NCBI GenBank assembly: GCA_046563655.1
Contig: CM102289.1
Coordinates: forward strand, 7,130,001-7,194,000
Source: Yuukianura sp. NJ FZ-2021
Lineage: Eukaryota
DNA: 64,000 bases
Reading direction: 5' to 3'
The translations under genes and the position numbers were made by a program. Each line of letters starts with the position of its first letter. The stretch's first letter is position 1. Shown here in pieces: positions 23,185-35,072 of the stretch. The notes beneath the pieces are model-generated. The model was given only the letters and a program-made list of their open reading frames with translations, was not told the DNA's origin and ran no database searches.

Positions 23185-23241
23185 TGACTTTGAGCCGGAC
23201 GACCAATGGTGAGTCACCATTGGTCATCCGGCTCAAAGTCA
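23185..23241. repeat. Near-perfect 57-bp palindrome (28-bp arms, 1 mismatch, 1-nt centre)
   Basis: tgactttgagccggacgaccaatggtga-g-tcaccattggtcatccggctcaaagtca. Confidence 0.9.
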
Positions 23242-25714
23242 TTTCTTTGACAAATGCTTATTTTAATGAAAAAAATTAGTTAACTATTGCCTAATGTAAT
23301 GAATGAATATTGTCTTTAGCGGTAAAGTAAACAATGGTTAAATGAAGTGATCCTCGACAGCCAAATGTACAGAAAGAACACAGCCAATGTTCATAAATTT
23401 GAGTCACACTTGACAGTTGACTACAGTTAATTACTATTAATTACTACAGTTAATACATTAAAAGTTTCGCATTAAATTTGGCAACACTCCGTTCATTAAC
23501 TAGCAGCTAACTGTTTCATAAACACTGACAAAATCCATAATGTTGACGTTACATTTTAAACTCATGCGCCGAAATTTAAATTTTTAATTACACTAAATTC
23601 CTATAACATTTGTATCATACTTCCATATCAACTCCTCTTCTGTACAAACAATCACATGTTCCTAATATGTAACTCTTCCTGGTCATCTCAATCTCAATGC
23701 GAACAAAATAGAAAGTGTGGTTGTGTAGTAGTCAAATTATCCATCTTACCTTACATTAAATTTGCGAGTTGATCCTTTCACTATTACAGTTCCTTGCTAA
23801 ATTTGAATTAATGTTCCAGCATTGACGTTTAGTTTTTGCTTGACTAAATTTGTTAGAGCCAATGTTTTAATGTACTCCGTCTGTGTGTCCCTTTCTTCTG
23901 GCAAAGTGTACTGAGAATGTGTTAGTTTGAATTTGGTTTCTGCCTTTGTACTTTTTTGGTCGTAGTTCCTCGTACACTCGTTCCTCGGTAGGTGAGAAGT
24001 TTTAAGAGGATACCAATATCACCATAACATAACCTAACATTGTCCTTACAGCAGTCACTGCCTCCAAAATACTGCGCCAAACCAAGAAGCCCTGCAAAAA
24101 ATATTATAGTTACCACAGTAAATTACGCCTTACCACTCCACCTTCATTCTACCATTTGCACAAATGCTTTCCTTTTATCAATTTATCCCAATTTACTGCA
24201 AACTAATCACAGTTAGGCTCAAAAATGTAACAATGATTAAATATTGCAACTACAATGTGTTTGTCGTTTTCAGACTATGAGAACCAAATGTGTAATTTCA
24301 ATTCTAGAAATTTGTTGTTGCAATTGGTAAATTTCTGGAACTTACCATTGCATGTTTTGTAATGTTATGAATTGCACGACAAGAAACTTTAAAAAATATT
24401 GCCAATCACGTAATTTATAAAGTGGAAATAAATTTCTATTTGAAATGAAAATTCGATATGAACCGAAAATTTGATGTCATTGAAACTAGTTTAATTGACT
24501 GCTGTGCTAAAAATAAGTTGAAGGATGAAAAACTATATAACTTATGGTTTCAACTTTTGAAATTTTCCGATAAAGTCAATGAATCGTATCGATTGAATTT
24601 TTTTTTGTTCAAGGATCCACTGAATAAACAAACAACATTTGAAAGAAGAGACAAACGAGAGGGTGAAAATTGCTTATTACAAAATTATATGGTTCATCGT
24701 AAATGCTGGAAATGTCTAAAAAGTTAGTTTAAAATGCTAGCACACGTTTAAAGTACAGATGGACAACTATTCTGGCATATCAATAGGCTTGGATTTATCC
24801 TGTAAAGATCATAAACTGTATTCAAATGACACTAATTCCTAGAACTTTCATTTTGCTAGTCACGTACGCTTACATCTACAGTGAATGTCATTTAGCTTGT
24901 ACCTGACTTTCTTTAGTAAATTTTCTACAACGCTGTCCTCTAAGTTCCAGCAACAAAATCTCAAAATGAAGAAAATCCGACAAGAAGTATACAGCATCAC
25001 CATCCTAATCTTTGCAATGCGTCGTAAGCATTAGACTCAACTGAAGATGAAGAAGTGACGTTAAACCAAAATGCTAACTTTGTACAAACTGAAATTTCCA
25101 TGAAATTTCCACCTACTCCAAATTACCAAAGCACTTTTCAATTGTAAACTTTTCTGTTAACAACGGAGGTTAGTCTAGAGGGGTGAATTTGACAAGCGTC
25201 TTCCTGGAACAGAAACCTGTAATTTCTAAATTGTAACTTTACAGATTCTGCTGGAAATGTTGAGGAAAGTAAAAATATCGTTAAAGCTCGGCTATATAAA
25301 TTCTCGTTTTGTTTTTTTCTTTGGAAGAACTTTTCAAATTCTGGTTTTATAATTTTACATTTTTTTGTTAACTTTGAAACTAAAAAATTACTAAACTAAA
25401 AGCGGGTGCACATTTTTTGTGAAGGGGTGATACACGGCTTCTCGTAAATTTGTGATCAGATGAAGTTTTTTCAAATGGAAAATCATTCGAAGTCTGTAAT
25501 AAGGGGGAAGTCGAATGCTTCTGCGGTCTATACCATTACATAGAAATTTGAGTCAAGTTCTTGTCACGTACGCACTACATAAGATCTACAGCTGCTATTT
25601 GGTTAACAGTTATAAACTTTAACTAATGTAACAAATTTATTAACATTAAATTTGTTAATGTAATTACCGTAGAATAGGTTGTCTGCTCTCAGTACTTAAC
25701 TAAAAACTACTTTT

Positions 25715-27218
25715 ATGGATTGTGTCGCAAACACGGAAAACGTAAGTCTAAACTTCAAAATTTAATGTACCAACAAAACAACGTGACATGGATCTATTTG
25801 AAGAAATTGAACAACAAAGCGACAATTCTATTTTAATTGTTTAGGCAATGGGTGAAAGACACAAGAACAAGAAGGAAGCTACCAAGAAATTGATACTGAC
25901 TGGAGTGTTATGTGTTATTTGGTATGTGGTGTCACTTTTCAAAGCACTACTGGCCAAGTACATTTCAACCATGTTCAAGAAACCACTGACCCTATCATTT
26001 GTCCAACTAGTTTCAATTTCAGTTTACTCTATTCCACTTTTATACTTTTGTAAATTGAAATTCAATCCTCTGTCAAAGTACTACTTCATACGATTCCTCA
26101 TACCACTGTCCATACTTAAAGCAATTACGACTGCATCGGGACACCTTGCAATATGGAATATATCGGTGTCATACAGTCAGATTAGTAAGTCTTAAGCTCA
26201 GTACACAATTTATTCAGTATATTTAAATATTTATTATACTATTTTAACAGTGAGAGCTTCGATGCCAGTGTTTACTGCCCTGTTTTGTTGGATTATACTT
26301 CGAACGACACTTTCGCTCCGATCCTACTTGACTTTGATACCAATCGTACTTGGAGTGGCTATTACGACTGTCACGGAAGCAGATTTTAGTCTGTTCGGTA
26401 TGTTTTGTGGCATGTTGGCAACATCAGGATCGAGGTAATTAGTTATTTAACTACGAAATAGTGAATTACTTTAGTTTTGGATGTATACATATGAATCCTA
26501 ATTGTTTTTAGTATTCAGACGATATACAACAAGATCCTAATGGAGAAGTCCAGAATCCACAGTTTCCAATTGACAGCCCTTCTCGGATGGACGTCAACTG
26601 CACTTTTTTTCTTCGTCTGGTTTAGTGCCGATGGCCTTGAATATCTTCACCTAAAAAATGTAAGTTTTTGTGTTACTTACGTCAAACATGTAACAATTGA
26701 AATACGTAAATAATTGGTGACATTTGAAGGTCAGTTGCAGCATGAAATGACATGTATTTTTGTTAATTGTGACACGAACATGATTTGACTTACAGAGTAC
26801 CGAAGTCAGTTCATCCAATTCTACTGGAAATACATGGGAATGGAAAGTATCTGGACTGTTAGTGCTGGATGGATTTACAAATTTTATACAAAACATCGTA
26901 GCTTTTGCAGTTCTGTTTTTGGTTTCGCCCACATCCTATGCTGTTGGAAACATAACAAAGAGGCCTGTGATTATAGCAGTTAGTATTGCTGTATTCAAAA
27001 ATACAGTGACATTATTCAATGTGCTTGGAATTGTGATTACTGTAATTGGTGCTTCGTTGTATACGTACTTTGAAATTGAAGAAGACAAACCGCCCAAATC
27101 GACTAGTAATATTAGTAGTACTTCTATTGACCAACTTCCGGACGGCGCTGCGCAGAATCCAGCTACATCAAAGCAATGCCTATTCCCACTACCTCCTGAA
27201 AACCCTAAAACTGTCTAG
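25715..27218 (+). CDS. SLC35E / triose-phosphate-translocator family (drug/metabolite transporter superfamily) protein, copy A; multi-exon
   Basis: Short first exon MDCVANTEN|. Motifs: LCVIWYVVS, PLTLSFVQL, SGHLAIWNISVSYSQI, RASMPVFTALF, YLTLIPIVLGVAITTVTE, NFIQNIVAFAVLFLVSPTSYAVGNITKRPVII. These match SLC35E1-type motifs. Confidence 0.85.
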
Positions 27219-28089
27219 TTAATACTGTTAATACAGAACCAGAGAAACATAAAGGTCTGCTACTTCACTTACATAGGTTATATACCCTAATTAAGTATTA
27301 ATCGTGATCAAAGTTGTATTATAAAGGCGCGAATTGAAAATGCAATCAATATCGATGGTAAAAAAATTTGAGGCACTAGTTGCCAATTTGCAAATAAATC
27401 CGAAGTATCCAACAAAAGTATTTGGTTGTTCCCAATTTCTGTAAATCTTTTTTTTGTATTAGATGCCCTCGTTTTTTTATTTACTGTCCAAAACACCAAA
27501 ACTAATTTAAACTTAATGAGTTAACAAAAAAAAATACTTGACTTTTTTTTGCACGGAAAATTTCATGTTAGTGGCGTTGTACGGACAAGGAAATCCATAA
27601 AAAACTTAAATAATCCATAAAAACATTTTTAAATACCTTTCCAGTGTATTGTTTTCCTGAAATTTGACAGGGGTGACACTTACGTCATACTGATTAATAG
27701 CCGTGTGAAAATTTTAACTTGGAAAGTGATTTAAATCAATATTTAAATTGTATGTTTGAAATTTTCATCCGAATTTTCCATACGACATGCTAATCCAATT
27801 GCAAATACTTCCCAGCTTTAGTAAAAAACACATTCACATGGCCATTTGTCCAAAATTTGTAATTGGAAGGTATAAAAATTCAATTCATGAACACAAAATC
27901 TGTCAGTCACGAGAATCACACTGTAAAAAAACATGTGCCCAAGAGAAAATTTTGAAAAATTATTTTGTTGAGTTTTAAACATATTTTAATTTAAGCCCAA
28001 GCACAACCATAAATATTTTAGAAACTTTTCGACAAAAAATTAGTCACTCTGAAAACTTCGAAAAAAGTAGATATAAGGTGATTAAAAAA

Positions 28090-29390
28090 ATGTACAAATT
28101 TTTAAAATTTGACTGTGTCGGAACTCGGAAATGGATTCTAACAGCAACACTTTGTGTAATTTGGTATTTAGTGTCACTAGTGAAAGCACTACTAGCAAAA
28201 TATATCTCAACTGTGTTTCATAGACCACTCACGCTTTCATTTACACAACTTTTGTCAATTTCAATTTATTCTGTACCACTTTTATTTTTTTGTAAGTTAA
28301 AATTCAATTGTGTTACGAAATATTACTTTTTTCGATTCCTCGTACCACTGGCAGCACTTAAAGCATTCACAACTGCCTCTGGACATCTTGCTATTTGGAA
28401 TGTTTCGCTTTCCTACAGCCAAATCAGTAAGTTTTCAAATTTAAAAAAACGCAAATGCGGAGTTACTCAGCTAAAGCTTTTAAAAAATTGTCAAAAGTCT
28501 TTGATTAAGATTTTGAAACAAAAATGTTATTAATTTTTCTCTTGAAAATTTTTAGTGCGAGCAACAATGCCGATCTTTACGGCTCTGTTTTCTTGGATTC
28601 TGTTGTCCACAAAGTTATCCATAAAAGGATACTTGACATTGATACCAATCGTAGCAGGAGTCGTTCTTACAACAGTAACCGAAACTGAATTCAGTTTGTT
28701 TGGTATGATTTGTGGACTTTTAGCTGCATCAGGATCCAGGTTTGTCAAAATTTGCTTAAAATTTTACATTTTTAGTTTTTGAAATCATAAAAACTGTTTT
28801 GGTGTAGTTTGCAATCCATTTTCAACAAAATTTGGATGAAAAATGCTGAGATTCATAGTTTCCAACTCGCAGCCTTGCTTGGGTGGGGCTCAACGTCAAT
28901 ATTCTTTTTCGTTTGGTTCGCCCATGATGGATTGGAACTTTTTCAAACTCGAAACGTAATTAAAAAATTTTCCATTTTTTTAAACAAAGTTTTTAGGTTT
29001 AAAATTTTTCTTTTGTTTTATCTACAGAACACTGACTTCAGTACGTTAGATTCTTGGAAGGTTCCAGGACTGCTTGTTTTAGATGGTTTTATAAAATTTG
29101 TTCAAAATACGACTTCGTTTGCAATTTTGTTTTTGATTACCCCCACGTCATATGCCGTAGCGAACGTCACCAAACGCCCCGTGATCATCGCAATTAGCAT
29201 TTACGTATTCAATAATGTCGTAACTTTGCTTAACATATTAGGAATTGTTATTCTAGTTATTGGAAGTTCACTTTATACATATGTCAAATTGGCTGAAAAA
29301 AATACAAAACATGTGCAAACGCCTACCGCAGAAATCGCTACGGAAGTTGTTTGCTCAGACACTAACATCCAACCAATAAAATCTGTATAA
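28090..29390 (+). CDS. SLC35E / TPT family transporter, copy B (tandem paralog)
   Basis: LCVIWYLVS, SGHLAIWNVSLSYSQI, RATMPIFTALF and TPTSYAVANVTKRPVII, with similar intron positions to copy A. Confidence 0.85.
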
Positions 29391-29605
29391 TGTCAAATAT
29401 AAAATTGCCTGGCCTAAGCTAATTACTAACTCCGTTATATTATGCTAGTTTAACCAAGATCTGAACTGTTTAGTGTTAATACATACTGTAGTTTTTACAT
29501 TTACCGAAGAATTAAAATTATTGTACTCAAAAATTGAGTCATTGACAATGATTTATTTCCGAATAAATGAAATTCAATTGTAACCATTCAATTGACCTGC
29601 ATGGC

Positions 29606-31194
29606 TTATTTTTTGCTTTTCTCACAAACACGCCAACCTTCAATTTCCTGATGCTCTTTAGTACAAGTGAGACCTTCTGCGCAAGTCACAAAGTAGGAAC
29701 TGATATAAGCAAAGTTACCCGGGTAGTATCTGCGGTTAAGGTAAGCATTCGGGTAAAACGGTTCCTGTTGGTAGTCAAATTCGCTCGTACGCATCATCGC
29801 AATGGATCCACATCTCTCGCCTTCTTTCGCCGTGCAAATCTTTTTCTTTGCATCCCATTTCAATTGTGAATCAAAACATTCGCATTTGTTCCCAGTACAA
29901 GACAGACCTTGGTAGTAGTTACACTCTTCCTGGACTTTCTTGACTTGAAGGCGTCCCATTCTGTCGTAGGAATTGTACGGCAATTGACGAGTGTCGGCCA
30001 TCACACATTCATTTTCATACGCCAACAAGCATTTTCCAGAAGGTGATTCTGAGTGGCCTTTGTTACATTGGCAATGCCCGTCTACGCATTCCGAATTTTC
30101 AGAGCAACTTGGACCAGAGTCGACCTTACAAGCAGATCCTGGAAGCAAAACGCAACTGGAATTTGCCGTGCTTGAAAACGCTTGGTGTGCTCCAGCTTGA
30201 CATTGGCAGAGTCCGTCGACGCAGCTTAAGTGTTTGTCGGCATTGCAAGGATTATGCGTAGAGCATGCGACGCTGAAGCTTCCGACACATTTTCCGGCAG
30301 AATTCAACGTGTAGCCAGGCTGGCAAGTACATTTCCCAAGCCGTTTGTTTTCGTCCTTCCTTCTCAATTTGTCATCAATGTTGACTTCCGGCGATCCCAT
30401 ACTGCTTCGACTATATGAACTTCCGTACCTATTTTCATAAAATTTCGAATTTAAAAAAAATTAATGTTTTCAATTTTGAATTTTTACCTTGATTTGAAAA
30501 TTTCCAGCGTGGTGGAGCAAATGGAGTTCTTTTCACAGAATGTTGTTGAGTTGCAAGCGGCTGCTACTTTTGTAACGCATCGTTTTGCTTTTGTATCGTA
30601 AAAGACGTTTTCATTGGTGCTGCAAGTACAAACGTTTTCGGAACCGCAGGTCAATCCAGCATAAGAGTCGCAAAAACTGCCGTTATTTTTCAATTCTTCT
30701 GAGCATGCCTCGCCATGTCCAAGAGCTCGAATGCAATTCTGGCCTTCATCATCTGGATAGTAACCACGTTTGCAGAGACATCGATTTGGCATGGAAGATC
30801 CTCCGCTGGAAAGCAGATACTCGTAGCTTTTGAGCGATTCGGGTAAGTCCGGCATTTTGTTTGGATCTTTCTGTTCGCAAACGGCATCTATTGGGCATCT
30901 GGAAATTGTTGGATAGTAGTTGTAGCTTCCACCGTAACTGCCGTAGTAACTGCTAGTTTGTTCTGGAGTGCAGGATTCGCCAATCAGAGCAATGCAAGCT
31001 TTGCGTTCTGTATCGTAGAAGGCCATTTCTTTGCAAGTACAAACGTTTTCGAGGCAGATGAGGTCAAGGTCAGGACGACAGCTTTCACTTGCTTTGTAGT
31101 TGTTGCAAGATTCGTCATGTTCTCTGAGCCGAGCAGAACTGAGCTGCAAAAGGCCGAGAACCAAAAAAATCAACTCGCGATTTAGCAGAAACAT
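29606..31194 (-). CDS. Secreted cysteine-rich protein with repeated EB/EGF-like modules; 2 exons (intron about 30430-30488)
   Basis: Signal MFLLNRELIFLVLGLLQLSSA followed by repeated C-x(n)-GLxC-xxxx-CxC-x(n)-C modules across both ORFs (30484-31194 and 29606-30400), joined by a GT-AG intron. Confidence 0.8.
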
Positions 31195-31970
31195 TTTGGC
31201 AAAATTTTCGAAATTAATTCTGAAACGAATTTTTAAAAGTTATCAGTCGATAACGATATTTATACGGTTTTGGAATTAAAAACATGCATGTCAAATTTTC
31301 AAAATCATGTCCGAGGATGAAATTTGTGAAGATCAAGGTCTTCAAAATTCCAATTTCCAATTAAACTAAATCCTGTTCAATTGTGTACTTATTTCAAAAT
31401 AATTTTGAAAAAAATTAGGATGCTTTGTGTTGTTAAGTAATTGATTGAAATCTACACTTCCTGTTTTTTTACGTATTAATTTTTGATGTCTATTGATATA
31501 ATTCACGAATGAGGAATGAGTCAGTGTCACGCCATGAGTGTTTTTTTCAAACTAAAGCTAATGCCAAGGTCAAGGTCAACAATTTTGAGGAAGGTCACAA
31601 TCAATAACAAAATTTCTATACTACTTTAGGCCTATTCTTTTATTAAATGTAACAAATTTTAAAAAAATTAAAAAAAAATTTTTTTTTAAATCGTTCGACT
31701 GAAATTTCAGTTTATAGCTAAAACATGACTATCATTTAATTTGGGTTGCAGCGTTTCGGAAAACACTAATGTTGGCTGATTGGTTACTCTGTCATTCAGT
31801 CATTTAGCATTGTTGTTCTCTGGTTGAAGGTCGGAAGGATTGTCACAATTGTTGGTTTTCCTCATTTGACTTTTGAGATTGTGTTGAATTTGAATTAGTA
31901 AAGTCAGTCATGAAATGCTTGCCAAAGTTGAGCAAACAAGTTAACTTGATTTTTGTAATTTTTTTTGGCA

Positions 31971-32459
31971 ATGGAGTTTAGTAAAGTTCTTTGTGCTATT
32001 TTACTGACGAGTCTTGTATCATTGGCGTACACACGTAAGTATACTGATCACAAATTATTTCCTTCTCTTTTATTTTCGTGCTTTTAATTATAATTCTTGA
32101 TTTTATAATTTATGTTATACTATTTTTTAAATATACATTTTGTGAAATGTTATTTAGAATTATGTAGAACAAGAACTAGAGGATACGGCTTTTGTGGATT
32201 CGTACATGAATGTCCTGACACCCCAGAATTTCAGACGACAAAGGAGTTACTACGTTCAAACAGTAACGCAAATACACACCGCGTACAAACGAGACTGTGC
32301 GGTTTTAACTTTACAGTTCCGAGGGTAAGAAATTCAAAATCTAAACAAACAATATGTAATTTAAGTATTTTAGTAATCAAAATTTTACCTATTTTTAAAG
32401 TATTTGCCTTCTAGGTTTGCTGCCCGTACAAGATTTTTAACCGAAGAGATCAAACCTAA
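31971..32459 (+). CDS. Secreted clip-domain-only peptide, 91 aa; exons 31971-32034, 32158-32324, 32415-32459
   Basis: MEFSKVLCAILLTSLVSLAYT-QLCRTRTRGYGFCGFVHECP..RLCGFNFTVPRVCCPYKIFNRRDQT*. It shows the clip pattern C-x9-C-x5-C-x28-C-x9-CC, and the splice phases are compatible. Confidence 0.8.
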
Positions 32460-32522
32460 CCTAGAATATGCTGATTGTCAAGAAATTCTTTTCTGTTTTG
32501 CTTTTCTTGTTTTGAAACAACT

Positions 32523-34427
32523 TCAGCAGCTTGTAAATTTTGCACGGTAGGAAATTTTGACCTTGTCCTTTGTAACTTCTATACAGAAAAATATCAAAGC
32601 AAAAACTACTGCTACAGTAAACACAATCACTACACCCAAAAACACGTTCAGCGGTAATCTTCGTATCGTTTCTTCCCTGGTATACGATTCAACAACTCGG
32701 TACAATTCCGTATCGGACTGCTGTTTCATCCATTTTGCACTTTTGGCTTTGTTCCTCTCTTCATCCCACTTTGTCCAAGCATCTTTGAGTCCAACCGAAA
32801 TGATTCTAAGGAATAGCATATTAAAGTACCCAGTAAGAGGGGAGCCCTTGGGAAATGCCCAAGTGACTCCAACCGATAAATCAGTGTCCAAACTTTTCAG
32901 GAACAGCGGTGTATTTTGACTAGATGACAGAGAAGTGTTGGATGAAATTGCATAGTCACCGGCTTGTGAGTAATCGAGACACGCTGAATTATCATTCAGT
33001 AGTGCTCGGGTGATACACTCTGCTGATGAATTGATTAACAGCATTCTAGCAAAAATTGCTTTGTGGACAGGATCTTTGGAAGTAGCTGTGTACTGATAGA
33101 TAGCTCCACCATAGTAACAGAAGTACAAAGTGTAGTCACTGAATGCAAGGTCACGGTGTGACCTCGGAAGGTCACCGGCTTGACTTGGTCTTGTCAAGGA
33201 CGACATAAGCTTTGATCGATATGCAGTTCCCGTTAGAAGTCCAAACACACACGTCAGAAATATTAAAAAGCGCGCGCGCGAACCAGGCAACCGGACGAGA
33301 ATAGTACATTGATCAAGCATAATTTTAAAAATGGCTAACGTTATTGATATAAAAGATGTTCTGGGGCAATGAATTGCGTATTTAGTGTGAAGTATTTTTG
33401 AATCTAAGTATAACACAAGAATTATTAGAATTATTACAAAAGTAACCAGAATCCACGTAGTTGGTTGAAATGGCAAGTAAATTGACTTCCAAGTGAATGA
33501 TTTTGGCGGTAACCGAACATAGAATACGCGAGTGTACCGATCTAAATTTGTTGTAAAGTCGACTACACGGTCACGTGCAACTGATGAACCAATCATAATG
33601 CCGAAATCTACTCGACGGTGAAATATGTCACCAACGGCTCCAGTCCATTTGCCACTGCTCATGCGCAGTCCCGTAGAACGATCTCCTCCTCCAGGAACAA
33701 CTTTGTAGGTAAAGTTAAAATACTGAGCACAACTTTTTAAAATTTCAAAATATGTACCTTCACCATCTAGCAGGAATCCTTCGGTACTGCTAGAAGCAAA
33801 TCGAATTTTTTCTGGAAATGATGTAATTGCCGCCACAAGTTCTCTATTAGCAAAAAGATGGGAGCAAGGTTGATCAGCGGTTGAGTAACACTGATTCTCC
33901 GCAAGCAGTTTTTGATCTTCCAGGGTAAAGTAATTGAAGTTTTTGAAACGTCGAACGTATTCACTTCCCGCGAAATTTTGAATTTCCGTTGCTGTCAAGA
34001 TTTGAATAAATACATCCCAGTGAGGTCTGGCTACTCGGTTTGCCATTACAGTGTTAATTAGATGTGAGTTTGCTTGAAATGTTGCCGACGTTGAATGTAT
34101 GAATACAACAAATTCATATTTGGTGTAATGCAAAGTGAACGCAGAAGATTTAAAAATTTCAGCATCTTGAAATTCAACGTCAAAGTAAGATTTGTTCCGA
34201 TTGTTTTGAAATTTTGAAACTAGATGAACTGTAGTAATGAGCAATTCATGAAATCTAAAATGCTCAACATTGAAACCAGTATTTTCAGAATCAGTTGCAA
34301 GAATCCAAGTAGAGCTGCTAGTGTATGAAGTTATACCAAGACTGATTGTTATGTCCGAAGTGAAACAATGCGAAAATAGTTTAAAGTTAATTAAAATCAC
34401 AAGAACCAATAGGGAAAATCTAGTCAT
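32523..34427 (-). CDS. Intronless ionotropic receptor (variant iGluR)
   Basis: Likely start MTRFSLLVLVIL. S1 lobe GTYFEILK..FNFTY..GKWTGAVGDIFHRRVDFG..RDRVVDFT; M1 PFQPTTW; M3 TAYRSKLMSSLTRP; S2 FPKGSPL; C-terminal M4 helix. Confidence 0.88.
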   Translation of the reverse strand: MTRFSLLVLVILINFKLFSHCFTSDITISLGITSYTSSSTWILATDSENTGFNVEHFRFHELLITTVHLVSKFQNNRNKSYFDVEFQDAEIFKSSAFTLHYTKYEFVVFIHSTSATFQANSHLINTVMANRVARPHWDVFIQILTATEIQNFAGSEYVRRFKNFNYFTLEDQKLLAENQCYSTADQPCSHLFANRELVAAITSFPEKIRFASSSTEGFLLDGEGTYFEILKSCAQYFNFTYKVVPGGGDRSTGLRMSSGKWTGAVGDIFHRRVDFGIMIGSSVARDRVVDFTTNLDRYTRVFYVRLPPKSFTWKSIYLPFQPTTWILVTFVIILIILVLYLDSKILHTKYAIHCPRTSFISITLAIFKIMLDQCTILVRLPGSRARFLIFLTCVFGLLTGTAYRSKLMSSLTRPSQAGDLPRSHRDLAFSDYTLYFCYYGGAIYQYTATSKDPVHKAIFARMLLINSSAECITRALLNDNSACLDYSQAGDYAISSNTSLSSSQNTPLFLKSLDTDLSVGVTWAFPKGSPLTGYFNMLFLRIISVGLKDAWTKWDEERNKAKSAKWMKQQSDTELYRVVESYTREETIRRLPLNVFLGVVIVFTVAVVFALIFFCIEVTKDKVKISYRAKFTSC

Positions 34428-35072
34428 TTTAATCTTATTCTTGTTTAGTTTTTTTCCTAACATGTAATGATTCGGCTTAGCAATGACATTCTGAAAATGT
34501 GAAAATATATATAATACGCATCGTCCAATAGAGAGTCGAAATCGATAAATCATAGATTTACAATGACAAATGTAAACAGTCAAGTTGACACTGTTTACAT
34601 AGCTAAATCGGCCATTTCAGGTAAAACTGAAGTCAACATGATGTCGAAAAATGTCAAAATTGGGATTTACGCAGGCAGGAGTCAAAGTTAAGTCGAAGCA
34701 CGACATGAAACCCTATGAATTATTCCGACTCCGCTTTTTGCTATTTATTTGAATTAGTTTAATTAACTTAATATCATATTAATAAAGTACTTGAACTTAC
34801 TTATAGTTACAGTCAGCATGATAAGAACAGAATTTCAAAAGGAAGCTGTTACGTCACATTTTTTGAAGAGGCGGGAAAATTTTTCTTTATTTCCAACACG
34901 AGGAAATCAGCTGTTGTTAAATGTTTTGTTGAAATTTAAATTAGCAAGTCAAAAGTAATTTTGAGTAATAAATCGATGTACAATGGACTTACTAAAGTCA
35001 GCGGTAAGTAAATTAATTGCTAATTTGATCTTAATTACATTCTGCACACGTTAAAACAGAATTCAAACAAAA

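Noticed and set aside
23560..24160. Coding-like fragments on the minus strand
   Set aside because: I could not assemble a consistent spliced frame or recognise a domain.
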